A stretch of 64,000 bases of DNA from assembly GCA_964643135.1 (NCBI GenBank), contig CAZXPC010000004.1, forward strand, positions 4,716-68,715. The letters run 5' to 3'. Made by a program: the position numbers and the translations under genes. Origin of the DNA: an uncultured Candidatus Saccharibacteria bacterium (lineage in GTDB: Bacteria; Patescibacteriota; Minisyncoccia; UBA6257; Colwellbacteraceae). Position 1 is the first letter of the stretch. Each line of letters begins with the position of its first letter. The notes below the pieces were generated by a model. That model was given only the letters and a program-made list of their open reading frames with translations, had not been told where the DNA came from and made no database searches. Shown piece by piece: positions 8,518 to 17,909 of this stretch.

Positions 8518-8917
8518 CGCCTAAATCTTCGTAGAACCTCAAAAGATATCCATCGGGATCTTGGACAATGAATTGTCGGTTGCCGACCAATGAGTTGTCT
8601 TTGCGATACCACTTTTCATCGATGGGCAAGAAAACTTTGATGTTGTGCTTGCTAATTGTCGCGTAAAGGGCGTCGATCCTCTCAGTTTCGATCTGGAAAT
8701 TAACTCCCCGGCCGAAAGGTAGTTCGAGCTTACCGGTTTGCCACGCACTTTCCGAGGAGAGCTCTTCTAACATGATTTCGGCGTTGCCTTTTTTAATATA
8801 CGCGAACTGATCCTCAGGCCTCTGGTAGACAATAGTAAAGCCTAGTAACTCATAAAAATTGAGGCTTTGCTTGATATCAGAACAAAATAACTCCGGCACC
8901 AACCCGATCGGTTTCAT
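8504..8917 (-). CDS. VOC/glyoxalase/bleomycin-resistance family protein
   Basis: LVPEL...FYELLGF, PFGRGVNFQI, QFIVQDPDGYLLRF. Confidence 0.9.
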   Translation of the reverse strand: MKPIGLVPELFCSDIKQSLNFYELLGFTIVYQRPEDQFAYIKKGNAEIMLEELSSESAWQTGKLELPFGRGVNFQIETERIDALYATISKHNIKVFLPIDEKWYRKDNSLVGNRQFIVQDPDGYLLRFYEDLGVRVS

Positions 8918-8955
8918 GGCCTAAGAATACCATATTAAGATATAATGAATCGATC

Positions 8956-9522
8956 ATGAAAATATCTCAATTGACATATGTCACGGGGAATAATTTCAAA
9001 TTCGAAGTGGCGAAAAAGGCTTTTGCTGGCTCGGGTATTGAGATAACTCAAACCAAGATGGACTTGCCGGAAATACAAAGCGAGAGCGTGGAGGAAATAG
9101 CAGGTCACTCGGCCAAGATCGCAGCGCAAAAGTTGGGCATGCCGGTTTTGGTTGGTGACGTTGGCTATTCTGTTGAAGCGCTTAGTGGTTTTCCGGGACC
9201 GTTTATAAAATATATGAATAAATGGCTAACTGTGCAGGACTGGCTAAATTTAATGCAGGGAAAGGAAAATAGAAGCATGATAATTAAAGAAGCCCTCGCC
9301 TACTGCGAACCGAATTCTGAACCCACAGTTTTTACCGGATCTTTTAACGGACTGGTAGCGCTAAAAGCTGGTCCGCCGGGCAAAAACCCGGTCAACCAAG
9401 TTTGGATACCCGAGGGCTACAATAAAGTTGAAACTGAAATACCTGAAGGAGAGTTGGTTCAGGGCTGGATAAAAACTTCCGGCCATTGGGAGAAGTTAAT
9501 AAAATATTTGAAAACGAAATAA
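8956..9522 (+). CDS. Second HAM1/RdgB-like NTP pyrophosphatase
   Basis: VTGNNFK, LPEIQ, DVG, LSGFPGPF. Confidence 0.85.
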   Translation: MKISQLTYVTGNNFKFEVAKKAFAGSGIEITQTKMDLPEIQSESVEEIAGHSAKIAAQKLGMPVLVGDVGYSVEALSGFPGPFIKYMNKWLTVQDWLNLMQGKENRSMIIKEALAYCEPNSEPTVFTGSFNGLVALKAGPPGKNPVNQVWIPEGYNKVETEIPEGELVQGWIKTSGHWEKLIKYLKTK

Positions 9523-9525
9523 AGG

Positions 9526-10077
9526 TTATCTAGGGTTTTTATAGATCCTGTATTCGATAATTTTCCTGACTACTCCCCTAGAGTTAGCCTTGTCATATTC
9601 CTCATAAACTTTGGCCCCCATTGATTCTGGGATTTTTCGGCTCGCAATATTCTCAGGCATAACTGGATAGCGAAGATAATCATAATTTATGTTGGTATCC
9701 GCCCAATCTTTTAAGGCCGCCATCGTTTCCCGACCATATTTTTTACCGTGGGCTGATTTCTTGATCCAGATGCCGAGCTCCGGAGTTGGGGTATCAACAT
9801 CGTGCAACCCTCCGCAACCGATAAACTCACCCGTTTGTTTATCAGTGATAACTATTTGTAGGTCTTTGCCAGCCGCTAAATCTCTGAGGGAATTATTTAT
9901 AAAGTTATCAGTAACAGATATATCCCCTGAAGGCTGAGGGAACATGTGGGTTGCGATTTCCTCTGTAAATTCACGGAAAATATCCTCGCGATAGATCGGG
10001 GAAATCGGAGCCAAGAGCAAATTAGCGGTTTCGATCCTGGAATCTAATAAGTTGAGTTTTTCTTTCGGGGTTTCCAT
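9526..10077 (-). CDS. RimJ/RimL-type GNAT acetyltransferase
   Basis: FIGCGGL, ELGIWI...HGKKYG, NIASRKI. Confidence 0.88.
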   Translation of the reverse strand: METPKEKLNLLDSRIETANLLLAPISPIYREDIFREFTEEIATHMFPQPSGDISVTDNFINNSLRDLAAGKDLQIVITDKQTGEFIGCGGLHDVDTPTPELGIWIKKSAHGKKYGRETMAALKDWADTNINYDYLRYPVMPENIASRKIPESMGAKVYEEYDKANSRGVVRKIIEYRIYKNPR

Positions 10078-10085
10078 ACATCAAC

Positions 10086-11387
10086 TTATCTTTTCAGAAT
10101 ACTCTTAGTTTCGCCTAATAAATCCTCTGCTGAGACTTCGATTTGGGTTTTGTGGACCATGTCTTTGATCTGAATTTTGCCGGATTTTATTTCTTTGGGG
10201 CCGATGATAACGACAACTGGGTATTCGTTTTTCACGGCATAAGCCAGCTGACCCTTAAAGGTATCTTCCTTGCCTAAATATATTTCGGTATTGATGTCTG
10301 CATTTCTTAATTGAGTCGCGGTTTGCTGCACAGTCGAAGCTGACGAGCCATCGAAATTCAAAATCAAAACATCGGCGATTTTGGCCTGCTTTTTCAGCTT
10401 GCCAAGCTTTTCCAGGGCCGCAAACAGCCGATCAACGCCGATTGAAGCGCCGACTGCCGGCAAATTTTCATTGCTAAACTTGCTGATTAGCCCATCGTAG
10501 CGGCCGCCGGAACAAATACTGCCAATCTCGGGGATGTCAGTTAAGATAGTTTCGAAAACCATACCGGTGTAGTACGCCAGCCCGCGGGCAATTGAGAGGT
10601 CGATCACATAATTTTCTTTCGGCACGCCAAGGTGCTCCAAGGCGTTCACGACTTGAAGCATTTCAGCTGAACTAGTCTCTGGGTCAGATATCAATTCTTT
10701 GATTTTGGCCGCTTGGGTTTTAGCCAGTCCTAGGCTTTCGAGGTCGGTAGTCACCTTAGCCCAGCCGAATTTGTCTAACTTGTCGATGACGCGAAAAATA
10801 TCGTCTAGGTCCGGGCTCTTAGCCTTTTCTGAACCGCTTTCAGCAATTAGTTTAGCTAAAACTCGGCGATCACCGATTCGGATCTTAAAATTATCAACGC
10901 CCAGGGCTTTGATGGCAGAATACATGAGCGCGATGATTTCGGCGTCGGCCATGAGACTCTCTGAGCCAACAATGTCGGCATCGCACTGGGTAAATTCTTT
11001 GTAGCGGCCCATCTGCGCGCGCTCGCCGCGGAAAACTTTGCCAATTTGATAACGCTTAAAGGGCCGGCCGAGGTCAGATAAGTTGGCGGCTACAACCCGG
11101 GCCAGGGGCACGGTTAAGTCGAACCGCAGGGCTAGGTCCGAGACATCGCCATCTTCCCCTCCTCCCCGCTTGGCCAACCTAAAAATCTGTTTATTAAATT
11201 CTGGGTCGCCGCCGGTTAGGATTTCTTCGCGTTCAACAATCGGCGTGTCGAGCGGCACAAAACCGAACCGCTCAAAAACTGCGCGAATCGTGTCGAGCAT
11301 CTTTTGCCGCGGAATCATTTCCCCGGGAAGATAGTCCCGGAAACCCGACGCTAAAACTGGTTCGATCCTTTTATTCTTATTGGCCAT
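10086..11387 (-). CDS. hisS: Histidine--tRNA ligase
   Basis: GFRDYLP, LRFDLTVP, GRYKEFTQCD, RGLAYYTG, GGRYD; start set at MANKNK. Confidence 0.97.
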   Translation of the reverse strand: MANKNKRIEPVLASGFRDYLPGEMIPRQKMLDTIRAVFERFGFVPLDTPIVEREEILTGGDPEFNKQIFRLAKRGGGEDGDVSDLALRFDLTVPLARVVAANLSDLGRPFKRYQIGKVFRGERAQMGRYKEFTQCDADIVGSESLMADAEIIALMYSAIKALGVDNFKIRIGDRRVLAKLIAESGSEKAKSPDLDDIFRVIDKLDKFGWAKVTTDLESLGLAKTQAAKIKELISDPETSSAEMLQVVNALEHLGVPKENYVIDLSIARGLAYYTGMVFETILTDIPEIGSICSGGRYDGLISKFSNENLPAVGASIGVDRLFAALEKLGKLKKQAKIADVLILNFDGSSASTVQQTATQLRNADINTEIYLGKEDTFKGQLAYAVKNEYPVVVIIGPKEIKSGKIQIKDMVHKTQIEVSAEDLLGETKSILKR

Positions 11388-11847
11388 TGCTTTCGTGATC
11401 TGGCTTGATCTTGCTGATCTCTGCGTTAATGCCGTCAATTAAGTCGCCCTTGTGGATTTCGGCTAGAATTTTCTTGGTTAATTCCGGCAAATTGTCCAGG
11501 TCTTTGGTCTTGTCTAGAAAAGTTACAGCGCCAAGCTCCTTCGCAAAACTTTCATTTTCGACCGAAACTCCCGGCCAGGGAATAGCGAGGCTTGTCAGAA
11601 ACGCGACGTGGATGTCTTTGAGATCGGGGTCGTTTTTATAATCGAGCAGGGCTTCGGTGCCGTTGATGCCGGGCATGCGGATATCCATCAAAACCAAATC
11701 CGGCTTTATTTTTCGAGCCTTGATAAAAGAAGTTTCGGCGTCGATTGCAGTTTCAACCTGAAAGCCGGCGGCCTCGAGGCGCATTTTGGAAATATCGAGC
11801 AAATCCGGCTCGTCATCAACGACGAGTATCAGCGGGGGCGTGTGCAT
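11377..11847 (-). CDS. Stand-alone response regulator receiver
   Basis: ILVVDD, DLVLMDIRMPGING; no output domain. Confidence 0.9.
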   Translation of the reverse strand: MHTPPLILVVDDEPDLLDISKMRLEAAGFQVETAIDAETSFIKARKIKPDLVLMDIRMPGINGTEALLDYKNDPDLKDIHVAFLTSLAIPWPGVSVENESFAKELGAVTFLDKTKDLDNLPELTKKILAEIHKGDLIDGINAEISKIKPDHESNGQ

Positions 11848-11870
11848 AAACTAATAATACCACAAGAAAC

Positions 11871-12272
11871 TTAGCTAAGCTCCTTCATCAGCCGGCCTAC
11901 GTGGTCGATAATTTTATCCATATCATCGGTTTTTCTAATGTAATCCACCGCGCCTATTTCTTCGGCAAATTTGTTGTCGAGCCAAGCTTGGTTTTCCTTA
12001 GCTTCTCCATAGCTGGTTAGGAAACAAACCTTAGTATCTTTGATATCCGGATCGGTTTTGATTGCGGTTACGGCTTCGACGCCGTTCATGCCCGGCATTT
12101 CCATATCTAAGAGCACCAGATCCGGTTTCTGGGATCTAATCATAGCAATGCCCTCTTCGCCGCCCGAAGCGGTGATAACTTTGTAGCCGGCCGCGCCGAG
12201 TTTCAAAGAAAAAATCTCCCGGAAATCGGCGGTGTCGTCTATGACTAAAATGGTTTTTTGTTGATCGGCCAT
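11871..12272 (-). CDS. Stand-alone response regulator receiver
   Basis: ILVIDD, DLVLLDMEMPGMNG. Confidence 0.9.
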   Translation of the reverse strand: MADQQKTILVIDDTADFREIFSLKLGAAGYKVITASGGEEGIAMIRSQKPDLVLLDMEMPGMNGVEAVTAIKTDPDIKDTKVCFLTSYGEAKENQAWLDNKFAEEIGAVDYIRKTDDMDKIIDHVGRLMKELS

Positions 12273-12350
12273 AATGGAATTGAGTATACGATATATAGTA
12301 TATAGGAAAGTTTAATCAAAAAAAAGTGGAGCGGCGAGGGACCTGCTTCT

Positions 12351-12693
12351 CCCCGCCTCTCCCGCTCCCCGGCCCCTCTCCCTCAGGAACCAGGATAATC
12401 CCGCCTCCAAACTCTCTTCCGCCCCTCGGAACCAGGATATTTTTTCTACTGAAAAAATTCCCTACCGCTCGGCTACCCGCCTCCGCAGTTTCCTCAGAGC
12501 GAAACCGAGTTCTCGGCTCTGTAGAGGGAGCTTAGAGTAGTAGGAAGAACCTCCAAACTACTCTGAGGAGCCTCTCGGAGACGCGTAGGCGTCGAGAAGA
12601 AGAAAATCTAGCAAGATTTATCTGTGGTGACGAAGGGTAGTTTGGGGTTCTGACACGGGAGAGTGGCAAGAGGGATGATATAGCTGGGGGCGC
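12351..12693. repeat. Mosaic structured intergenic element A (two modules, inverted)
   Basis: 12400-12513 is a 112/114 inverted match to 47757-47870; GATGATATAGCTGGGGGCGC shared with 52345-52364. Confidence 0.85.
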
Positions 12694-12696
12694 AGA

Positions 12697-14526
12697 TCAG
12701 GCTAGCGGCAGAGAGAAGCTGAAGGTTGAGCCTTGGCCTTCAGCGGACTCCACGTAGATCGTGCCGTTCATTTTCTCGATGATTTGCTTCACGATAAAGA
12801 GGCCGAGGCCGGTGCCGCTGATATTGGCTGTGTCTTTGGTCGCGACTCGGTAGAATTTGGTGAAAAGCTTAGCCTGAGCATCCTTCGAGATTCCTAAGCC
12901 GTGATCTTTGATATGAGTCACGAGATTCTTTTCGGTCGTTTCGTGGCTAATCTCAATCGAACCATTACCGACCGTGTACTTAATAGCGTTGCCGATTAAA
13001 TTGACGAGCACTTCGCGGACGCGGCCATTGTCGGCCATGACAGCCGGGGTGGGCGTAAGCGGTGTGTAGACCATCTTGATCCCCTTCTCATCGGCCAAAG
13101 GTTTCAGCTCGCTCAATGTTTCATTTACAACCGGGACAATATCGGTTTTAACCACATCCACTTTGATTTTCCCGGCATCTGACCGGGCCACTTCGAGCAA
13201 ATCTTCAACAAGCCTGATGAGGCGCGCGTTGGCATTCAAAACTTTGGTGATGAATCCTTTGACTTGGTCGGAGACCGGTCCGGCCAGGCCGTCGTTGATG
13301 ATAGACAAGTAGCCCTTAATCGCCGCAACTGGAGTTTTAAGCTCGTGCGCAGCGATGAAAACGAATTCGTCTTTCAAGGCCTGCAATTGCTTGAGGCCCT
13401 CGGTCATTTTGTTGAAGGCGAGCCCCAAGTCTTCGATTTCGTCCCCGGTTTTGATAGTAACCGGCTCATCGAACTTGCCTTTAGCAACGGCTTCGGTGCC
13501 GGCTTCGAGCTGCTGGATCGGACCGACAATTTTATTGGTCAGTAAAACGCTTAAAAGCAAAACGAGAACAAAAACGATCAAAGAAAATATTATGATCTGC
13601 ACTTCCAGCGCAACCAACACTGAATCGGCGTCGGCGCTCGGCCATTCGGCCACTATGCCCCAACCCAAGCCGGTGATATTTGTGCCGGCGGCGATAACCG
13701 GGAGGCCGTTCAAGCTGACATATCTTTGAGTGCGCGCCGTCGAGAGGGATCCCCGGCCGGAGAGAATGTCTTGCGTGATCGGCGAACTACTCAAATTGTC
13801 CGGCAAGTCGCCGGCCCTCAGGCCTTTGCCGATCACGCGGCCGCTTTGATCAAAAATATAAACATAGCCTGTTTTGCCGAGGGCGGCGCTCTGCGCAATT
13901 CGATTCACGGCGGTTAAATTCAATTCAGCGCTCAAAATAGAAATGGCGCAATTGGCTGCGTTCCGGACCGGAGCCGCAATCGTGACCGCGGGGCCGCTGG
14001 CGTTAAAATAGACCGGCCCGATGTAGTCATAATTTTGATTGCCGGCTTCGCTCTTGCAGTTATCCGCACCTGCAAGCGCGGCGGAAACTTTTTTAAAACT
14101 TTCTAAGTTGCTTTCATCGCGCAACTCGGGAGTTTGGCCCAACTTTTGATAGGCCCGGCTGACTCGCGAGATTTCGCGGCCGGTATTAATGTCTATAAAA
14201 GAGGCTTCCTCGATGGCAGAATTGGCATCGATAAGTTGATTCAAGAGAATGCCTCTGGTTTCAGCGGTGAATTCTTTGTCCAGGTCGCTCACGGTCACGA
14301 CGAGTTCGAGATTGCGTTTGGTCTCATCGATGAACCGGTTCACCTCCTGTATTTTCTCGCTGATTAAGTTACTTTCGATCGAGGCGACGCTCTCGTTGTG
14401 CGACTGAGTCACAAAATAAAGGGCGAACAAGCCAGCCAAGATAACGGGCAAGACGCCTATGCCGAGCATCATTAAGAGGATTTTTTTGTGCAACCGGCCG
14501 CCTAACTTGAAAGACTTTTTATCCAT
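12697..14526 (-). CDS. Membrane histidine kinase (Cache-like sensor, HAMP, HisKA, HATPase)
   Basis: Two TM helices, DEIEDLGLAFNKM HAMP, AHELKTP, NAIKYT, GTGLGL. Confidence 0.93.
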   Translation of the reverse strand: MDKKSFKLGGRLHKKILLMMLGIGVLPVILAGLFALYFVTQSHNESVASIESNLISEKIQEVNRFIDETKRNLELVVTVSDLDKEFTAETRGILLNQLIDANSAIEEASFIDINTGREISRVSRAYQKLGQTPELRDESNLESFKKVSAALAGADNCKSEAGNQNYDYIGPVYFNASGPAVTIAAPVRNAANCAISILSAELNLTAVNRIAQSAALGKTGYVYIFDQSGRVIGKGLRAGDLPDNLSSSPITQDILSGRGSLSTARTQRYVSLNGLPVIAAGTNITGLGWGIVAEWPSADADSVLVALEVQIIIFSLIVFVLVLLLSVLLTNKIVGPIQQLEAGTEAVAKGKFDEPVTIKTGDEIEDLGLAFNKMTEGLKQLQALKDEFVFIAAHELKTPVAAIKGYLSIINDGLAGPVSDQVKGFITKVLNANARLIRLVEDLLEVARSDAGKIKVDVVKTDIVPVVNETLSELKPLADEKGIKMVYTPLTPTPAVMADNGRVREVLVNLIGNAIKYTVGNGSIEISHETTEKNLVTHIKDHGLGISKDAQAKLFTKFYRVATKDTANISGTGLGLFIVKQIIEKMNGTIYVESAEGQGSTFSFSLPLA

Positions 14527-14533
14527 AGACTAA

Positions 14534-15274
14534 TTAAAAAACTCCCATTAGCTTCAGCGACTTCTGGTCGATATAGTTAGTACTAAGCGGTTCGCGGCGG
14601 CCCGAGCCCATGATGTCGTTAGTATAAGGAGCGTTGGTTAAGATGTCGTAACCCTCCGGCAGGCCCATCGAGTGGCCGAATTCGTGGTAAAAGAGCGCGG
14701 ACCGGTTGAGCGCATATTCATCGCGCGTAATAAAATCTCGCGAGAGCAGGAGGCTGCCTTCGGTACCCGCTGCGCCGACTCCCTCATAAATTATCGCGAT
14801 GTCGCGGAAGGCGGCCGGGCCGGTTGAAGCGGCGAAAGTTGGGTCGTAAAGATCGCCATCGGGGTTAAAAGCGCGAGATTCTAATTCCAAAGTGCCTGAA
14901 ACAAGCGCGTGCGGGTTGCCGCGGGCGGTGTCGGCGGTGTCATAAAATGAATCGGCTTCTCTAAGGATAACCGGACGGTCAAAAATTTTGGCGTGGATCA
15001 GCGACCGGCCCAGGAATTGAGTATTGTGAAAATCACTGACTTCTTGAAGCGTCTTTTCCAAGTTTGATTGAATAACCGCAAAATCTGACGGCGCCTGATT
15101 CTTGGGCACGGCATAAAAAACATAAAGATCGATGTCGGCGAGGCTGGTCTGGGGATTGTTATAGACATGCGCCGAGGCCGAAGTAACTTTCGGCGGCCAC
15201 AACAAAGTCGGCAAAATCAATATCACGGCCAGAGCGACGATCGCGGCAGCCAACCAAACATAGGTCTTATTCAT
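14534..15274 (-). CDS. Membrane-anchored/secreted zinc metallopeptidase (metzincin-like)
   Basis: N-terminal hydrophobic anchor, HEFGHSMGLPE, Met-turn-like DIMG. Confidence 0.7.
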   Translation of the reverse strand: MNKTYVWLAAAIVALAVILILPTLLWPPKVTSASAHVYNNPQTSLADIDLYVFYAVPKNQAPSDFAVIQSNLEKTLQEVSDFHNTQFLGRSLIHAKIFDRPVILREADSFYDTADTARGNPHALVSGTLELESRAFNPDGDLYDPTFAASTGPAAFRDIAIIYEGVGAAGTEGSLLLSRDFITRDEYALNRSALFYHEFGHSMGLPEGYDILTNAPYTNDIMGSGRREPLSTNYIDQKSLKLMGVF

Positions 15275-15286
15275 AACCGGCCAAAT

Positions 15287-17902
15287 TTAGAGAGAATATT
15301 GGGCTTTGAGCTGGATCAGTTTGCGGCGGGTGTAGGAACCAATGAATCCGGAGCCTTGAGAAAGATTGGCCGGCGTCAAAACTTCGGCGCGGTATTTCTC
15401 TTGGAGCTTTATTGCGGCGGCTTGGGTCAGTCTGCCGAAATAGCCGCTCACCAAACCCTCGGGGTAATCACCATCTTTAATCAAGATCTGCTGGAGTAAT
15501 TTAACGTCTGACCCTGAGGCGCCGAGCGACAAGTTTCGGCCGAAAGTCCCGGCGATCGCGGCCGCGCTTCCGGAAGTTAGGCTGACTTGAGCGGTGTTAG
15601 TCGATTCATTACCGGCCGGGTCCACGGCGCGCACCAAGTAATAATAAACAGAACCTGGCGGGACAGCAGTGTCGGTCGCTGTGTTAACGGTAATTTGCGG
15701 GAAGATAACGCTGCCGGTCATGCCGGAAACGGAACTGCGGTAAACCTTGGCGTGCCTAAAATCATTTTTAGGATTAACCCAGGCGAGCAAGATGCTAGAG
15801 CCTACTCGGGTCGCGGTAACGGCGGTTGGCGCATCCGGCGGAGTAACGTCAGCCGCGCCGATTAAAGCAAACCTGGTCAAGTGATCGACGTGAGCAACAA
15901 TCTGCTTATTGGCCGTGTCCAGAGTGAAATTGGTAATCTTGACCCAGACGTTCGCTGTGTCGCTGAAATAGCTGGGGGTAAGATTCTGGGGAGTAAGATT
16001 GAGGCTCGCGAGGGTGGCATCGTCGTATGGGAAAGTGATGTCAATAGTTTTCGAAAGAGCATGAATTTCCGCGCCGGCCTGATCTTTAAGAGTCACGTCA
16101 TAAGCTAAACCGACAACTTGAGAAGTTGAGGTCTTCGGCGCTTCAACGGTTGGCTGGACATTCAGAGTAGCGCTGGCGGTCGAAGTAACAGCGGCCGGCG
16201 GAACATCAACTTTGGCGCCGTTCGATAAAGAAACATTGGTTTCCTGAGCGGCTGATGTTTGCACGCTCTTAGCTGCCGGGAGTTCGGCTGATATGCGCTG
16301 CAAGTCGAGCTCGATATTAGAGACTGTCGCGTTGCTCACCCTAACCTCGATCTCGTTTGAACGATAACCAATAAGATTCACAGTTTTGCCGGCGTTGAGG
16401 TGCCAGGTGGAGTTGCCGTGGATCTGGAAAGAGAAACTGCCGTCCGCGCCGGTTTGAGTTTTGCCCGCTGAATTATCCGATGACCAAATGTATATCAAGG
16501 CGAAGGGTGCGGGCGAACCATCGGGGTAGACAACTCGGCCCTGCAAAAGGACTTGAGTTGTTTCGGTCGGCTGAGTCGAAGGTTGAGTCGAGGGCTGAGT
16601 GCTTGGTTCGGTGCTTGGCTGGGTGCTCGGAGGCGGAGGCGGCGTGGTTGAGCTGGTAGAAATGGTGACGGTGAAATTTACTGTAGAGGTTTGAGAGGTG
16701 TTACCGGAGAAACTGACATTCTGGGCACCTGAAACATTAGATACTGACCAGGTGGCTGTAGAAATCGGACTGGCGCTAACTTGCCAGCTACCATTTGTAA
16801 CAGTTAATGAATAGCTTCCGTCTGCGCCAGTTCGCGCGGTTACTGCGCCGGAAGCGGAATTATAGGCTCGGACTTCGGCGTCTGTTACGGCGGCCCCGTT
16901 AGAGAAAGCTACCCGGCCGTAGATAGTGTTAGTGACTGCCGCCGCGTCGAGGGTGGTAGCGGAAGCTGAGACTGTTGATGATGTACCGGCGGAATTAGTC
17001 GCTGATACATAATATGCATAAGCTGTGCTCGCTTGTAAATTATTATCTGTGTAGTCAGTGCTCGTTATCGAATTAGAAAGTAATTGAGTACCTCGGTATA
17101 GGTTATATGTAACTGATGAACCTGACGAAGGAGGATTCCAGGATAAATGAATTGATGTGGAGGATGTAGCTCCTGCTGCAAAGTTTTGCGGTACCGACGG
17201 AACAGTCGGACTAGGATTCGTATTGGTGCCATTATTTATAGCATTGGAGACAGAAACATGCACTTCTGACGAGTTTGTATTCCCAGACGAATCTCTCGCA
17301 ACAGCAGTTACGGTATGAGATCCATTAATAGTTGTTGTAGTATCCCAGGAGGTTTGATAAGGAGAAGTAGTATCTTCTGCTCCGAAATTAATTCCATCGA
17401 TCTTAAACTGGACACCGGCCACGCCAGCATTGTCGCTAGCATTTGCTGATAAAGTCACTGTGCCTGAAATTGTACTGCTATCACTTGGAGAGGTAATAGA
17501 GATTGTCGGCGGCGTTGTATCAGCTTGACCGCCAGTACTTATGGTGCCACCTGTGTTAAAGTGATTGGACCCATAGCCAGTTTCGTTATTTGTGGCTGTA
17601 GATGAAGCCGTAAAATCGTATCTTGTCGACGCTGTTAAACCAGCCAGATCGATACAGTGTTGGAGAACATTTGTTTGCGTTCCAGTTATATCACAACGGA
17701 CGTTGGTGCCTTGTTGAGGGCTTAAAGTAATCGAAGAATTTGATGCCACATCGGTATCCCAAGTGACCCTAGCTGATGTACCAGTAATATTGGTGACTTG
17801 GATATTGCTGATGTTCGGTCCAGCCGCAAGCGCTTCCCTGATCAGAAAAAACACTGACAGCACTGTTAATAAAAACGCAAAAGGCTTTTTAATATAAGGC
17901 AT
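15287..17902 (-). CDS. Secreted surface protein with Ig-like/FN3/carboxypeptidase-regulatory-like domains and a C-terminal peptidoglycan-binding domain
   Basis: Signal peptide, DTTPPTISITSP Big domain, FN3 (LSWNPP...YYVSA), STQP repeats, LSLGASGSDVKLLQ...GYFGRLT. Confidence 0.85.
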   Translation of the reverse strand: MPYIKKPFAFLLTVLSVFFLIREALAAGPNISNIQVTNITGTSARVTWDTDVASNSSITLSPQQGTNVRCDITGTQTNVLQHCIDLAGLTASTRYDFTASSTATNNETGYGSNHFNTGGTISTGGQADTTPPTISITSPSDSSTISGTVTLSANASDNAGVAGVQFKIDGINFGAEDTTSPYQTSWDTTTTINGSHTVTAVARDSSGNTNSSEVHVSVSNAINNGTNTNPSPTVPSVPQNFAAGATSSTSIHLSWNPPSSGSSVTYNLYRGTQLLSNSITSTDYTDNNLQASTAYAYYVSATNSAGTSSTVSASATTLDAAAVTNTIYGRVAFSNGAAVTDAEVRAYNSASGAVTARTGADGSYSLTVTNGSWQVSASPISTATWSVSNVSGAQNVSFSGNTSQTSTVNFTVTISTSSTTPPPPPSTQPSTEPSTQPSTQPSTQPTETTQVLLQGRVVYPDGSPAPFALIYIWSSDNSAGKTQTGADGSFSFQIHGNSTWHLNAGKTVNLIGYRSNEIEVRVSNATVSNIELDLQRISAELPAAKSVQTSAAQETNVSLSNGAKVDVPPAAVTSTASATLNVQPTVEAPKTSTSQVVGLAYDVTLKDQAGAEIHALSKTIDITFPYDDATLASLNLTPQNLTPSYFSDTANVWVKITNFTLDTANKQIVAHVDHLTRFALIGAADVTPPDAPTAVTATRVGSSILLAWVNPKNDFRHAKVYRSSVSGMTGSVIFPQITVNTATDTAVPPGSVYYYLVRAVDPAGNESTNTAQVSLTSGSAAAIAGTFGRNLSLGASGSDVKLLQQILIKDGDYPEGLVSGYFGRLTQAAAIKLQEKYRAEVLTPANLSQGSGFIGSYTRRKLIQLKAQYSL

Positions 17903-17909
17903 GCTTATA

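Noticed and set aside
6747-10077. Integron cassette array, suggested by GNAT/VOC/HAM1 content
   Set aside because: Mixed orientations, very short spacers, no attC-like palindromes and no intI
12326-12535. Short ORFs inside the repeat elements (also 47610-47882 and 52082-52376)
   Set aside because: They read through palindromic repeats, and frames are not conserved between copies
12560-12630. Hammerhead ribozyme (CTGAGGA...GAAA)
   Set aside because: Stem I and the stem II closing pair do not form, and the core is not conserved in other copies
12351-12693. CRISPR array
   Set aside because: No regularly spaced identical repeats with unique spacers; no cas genes
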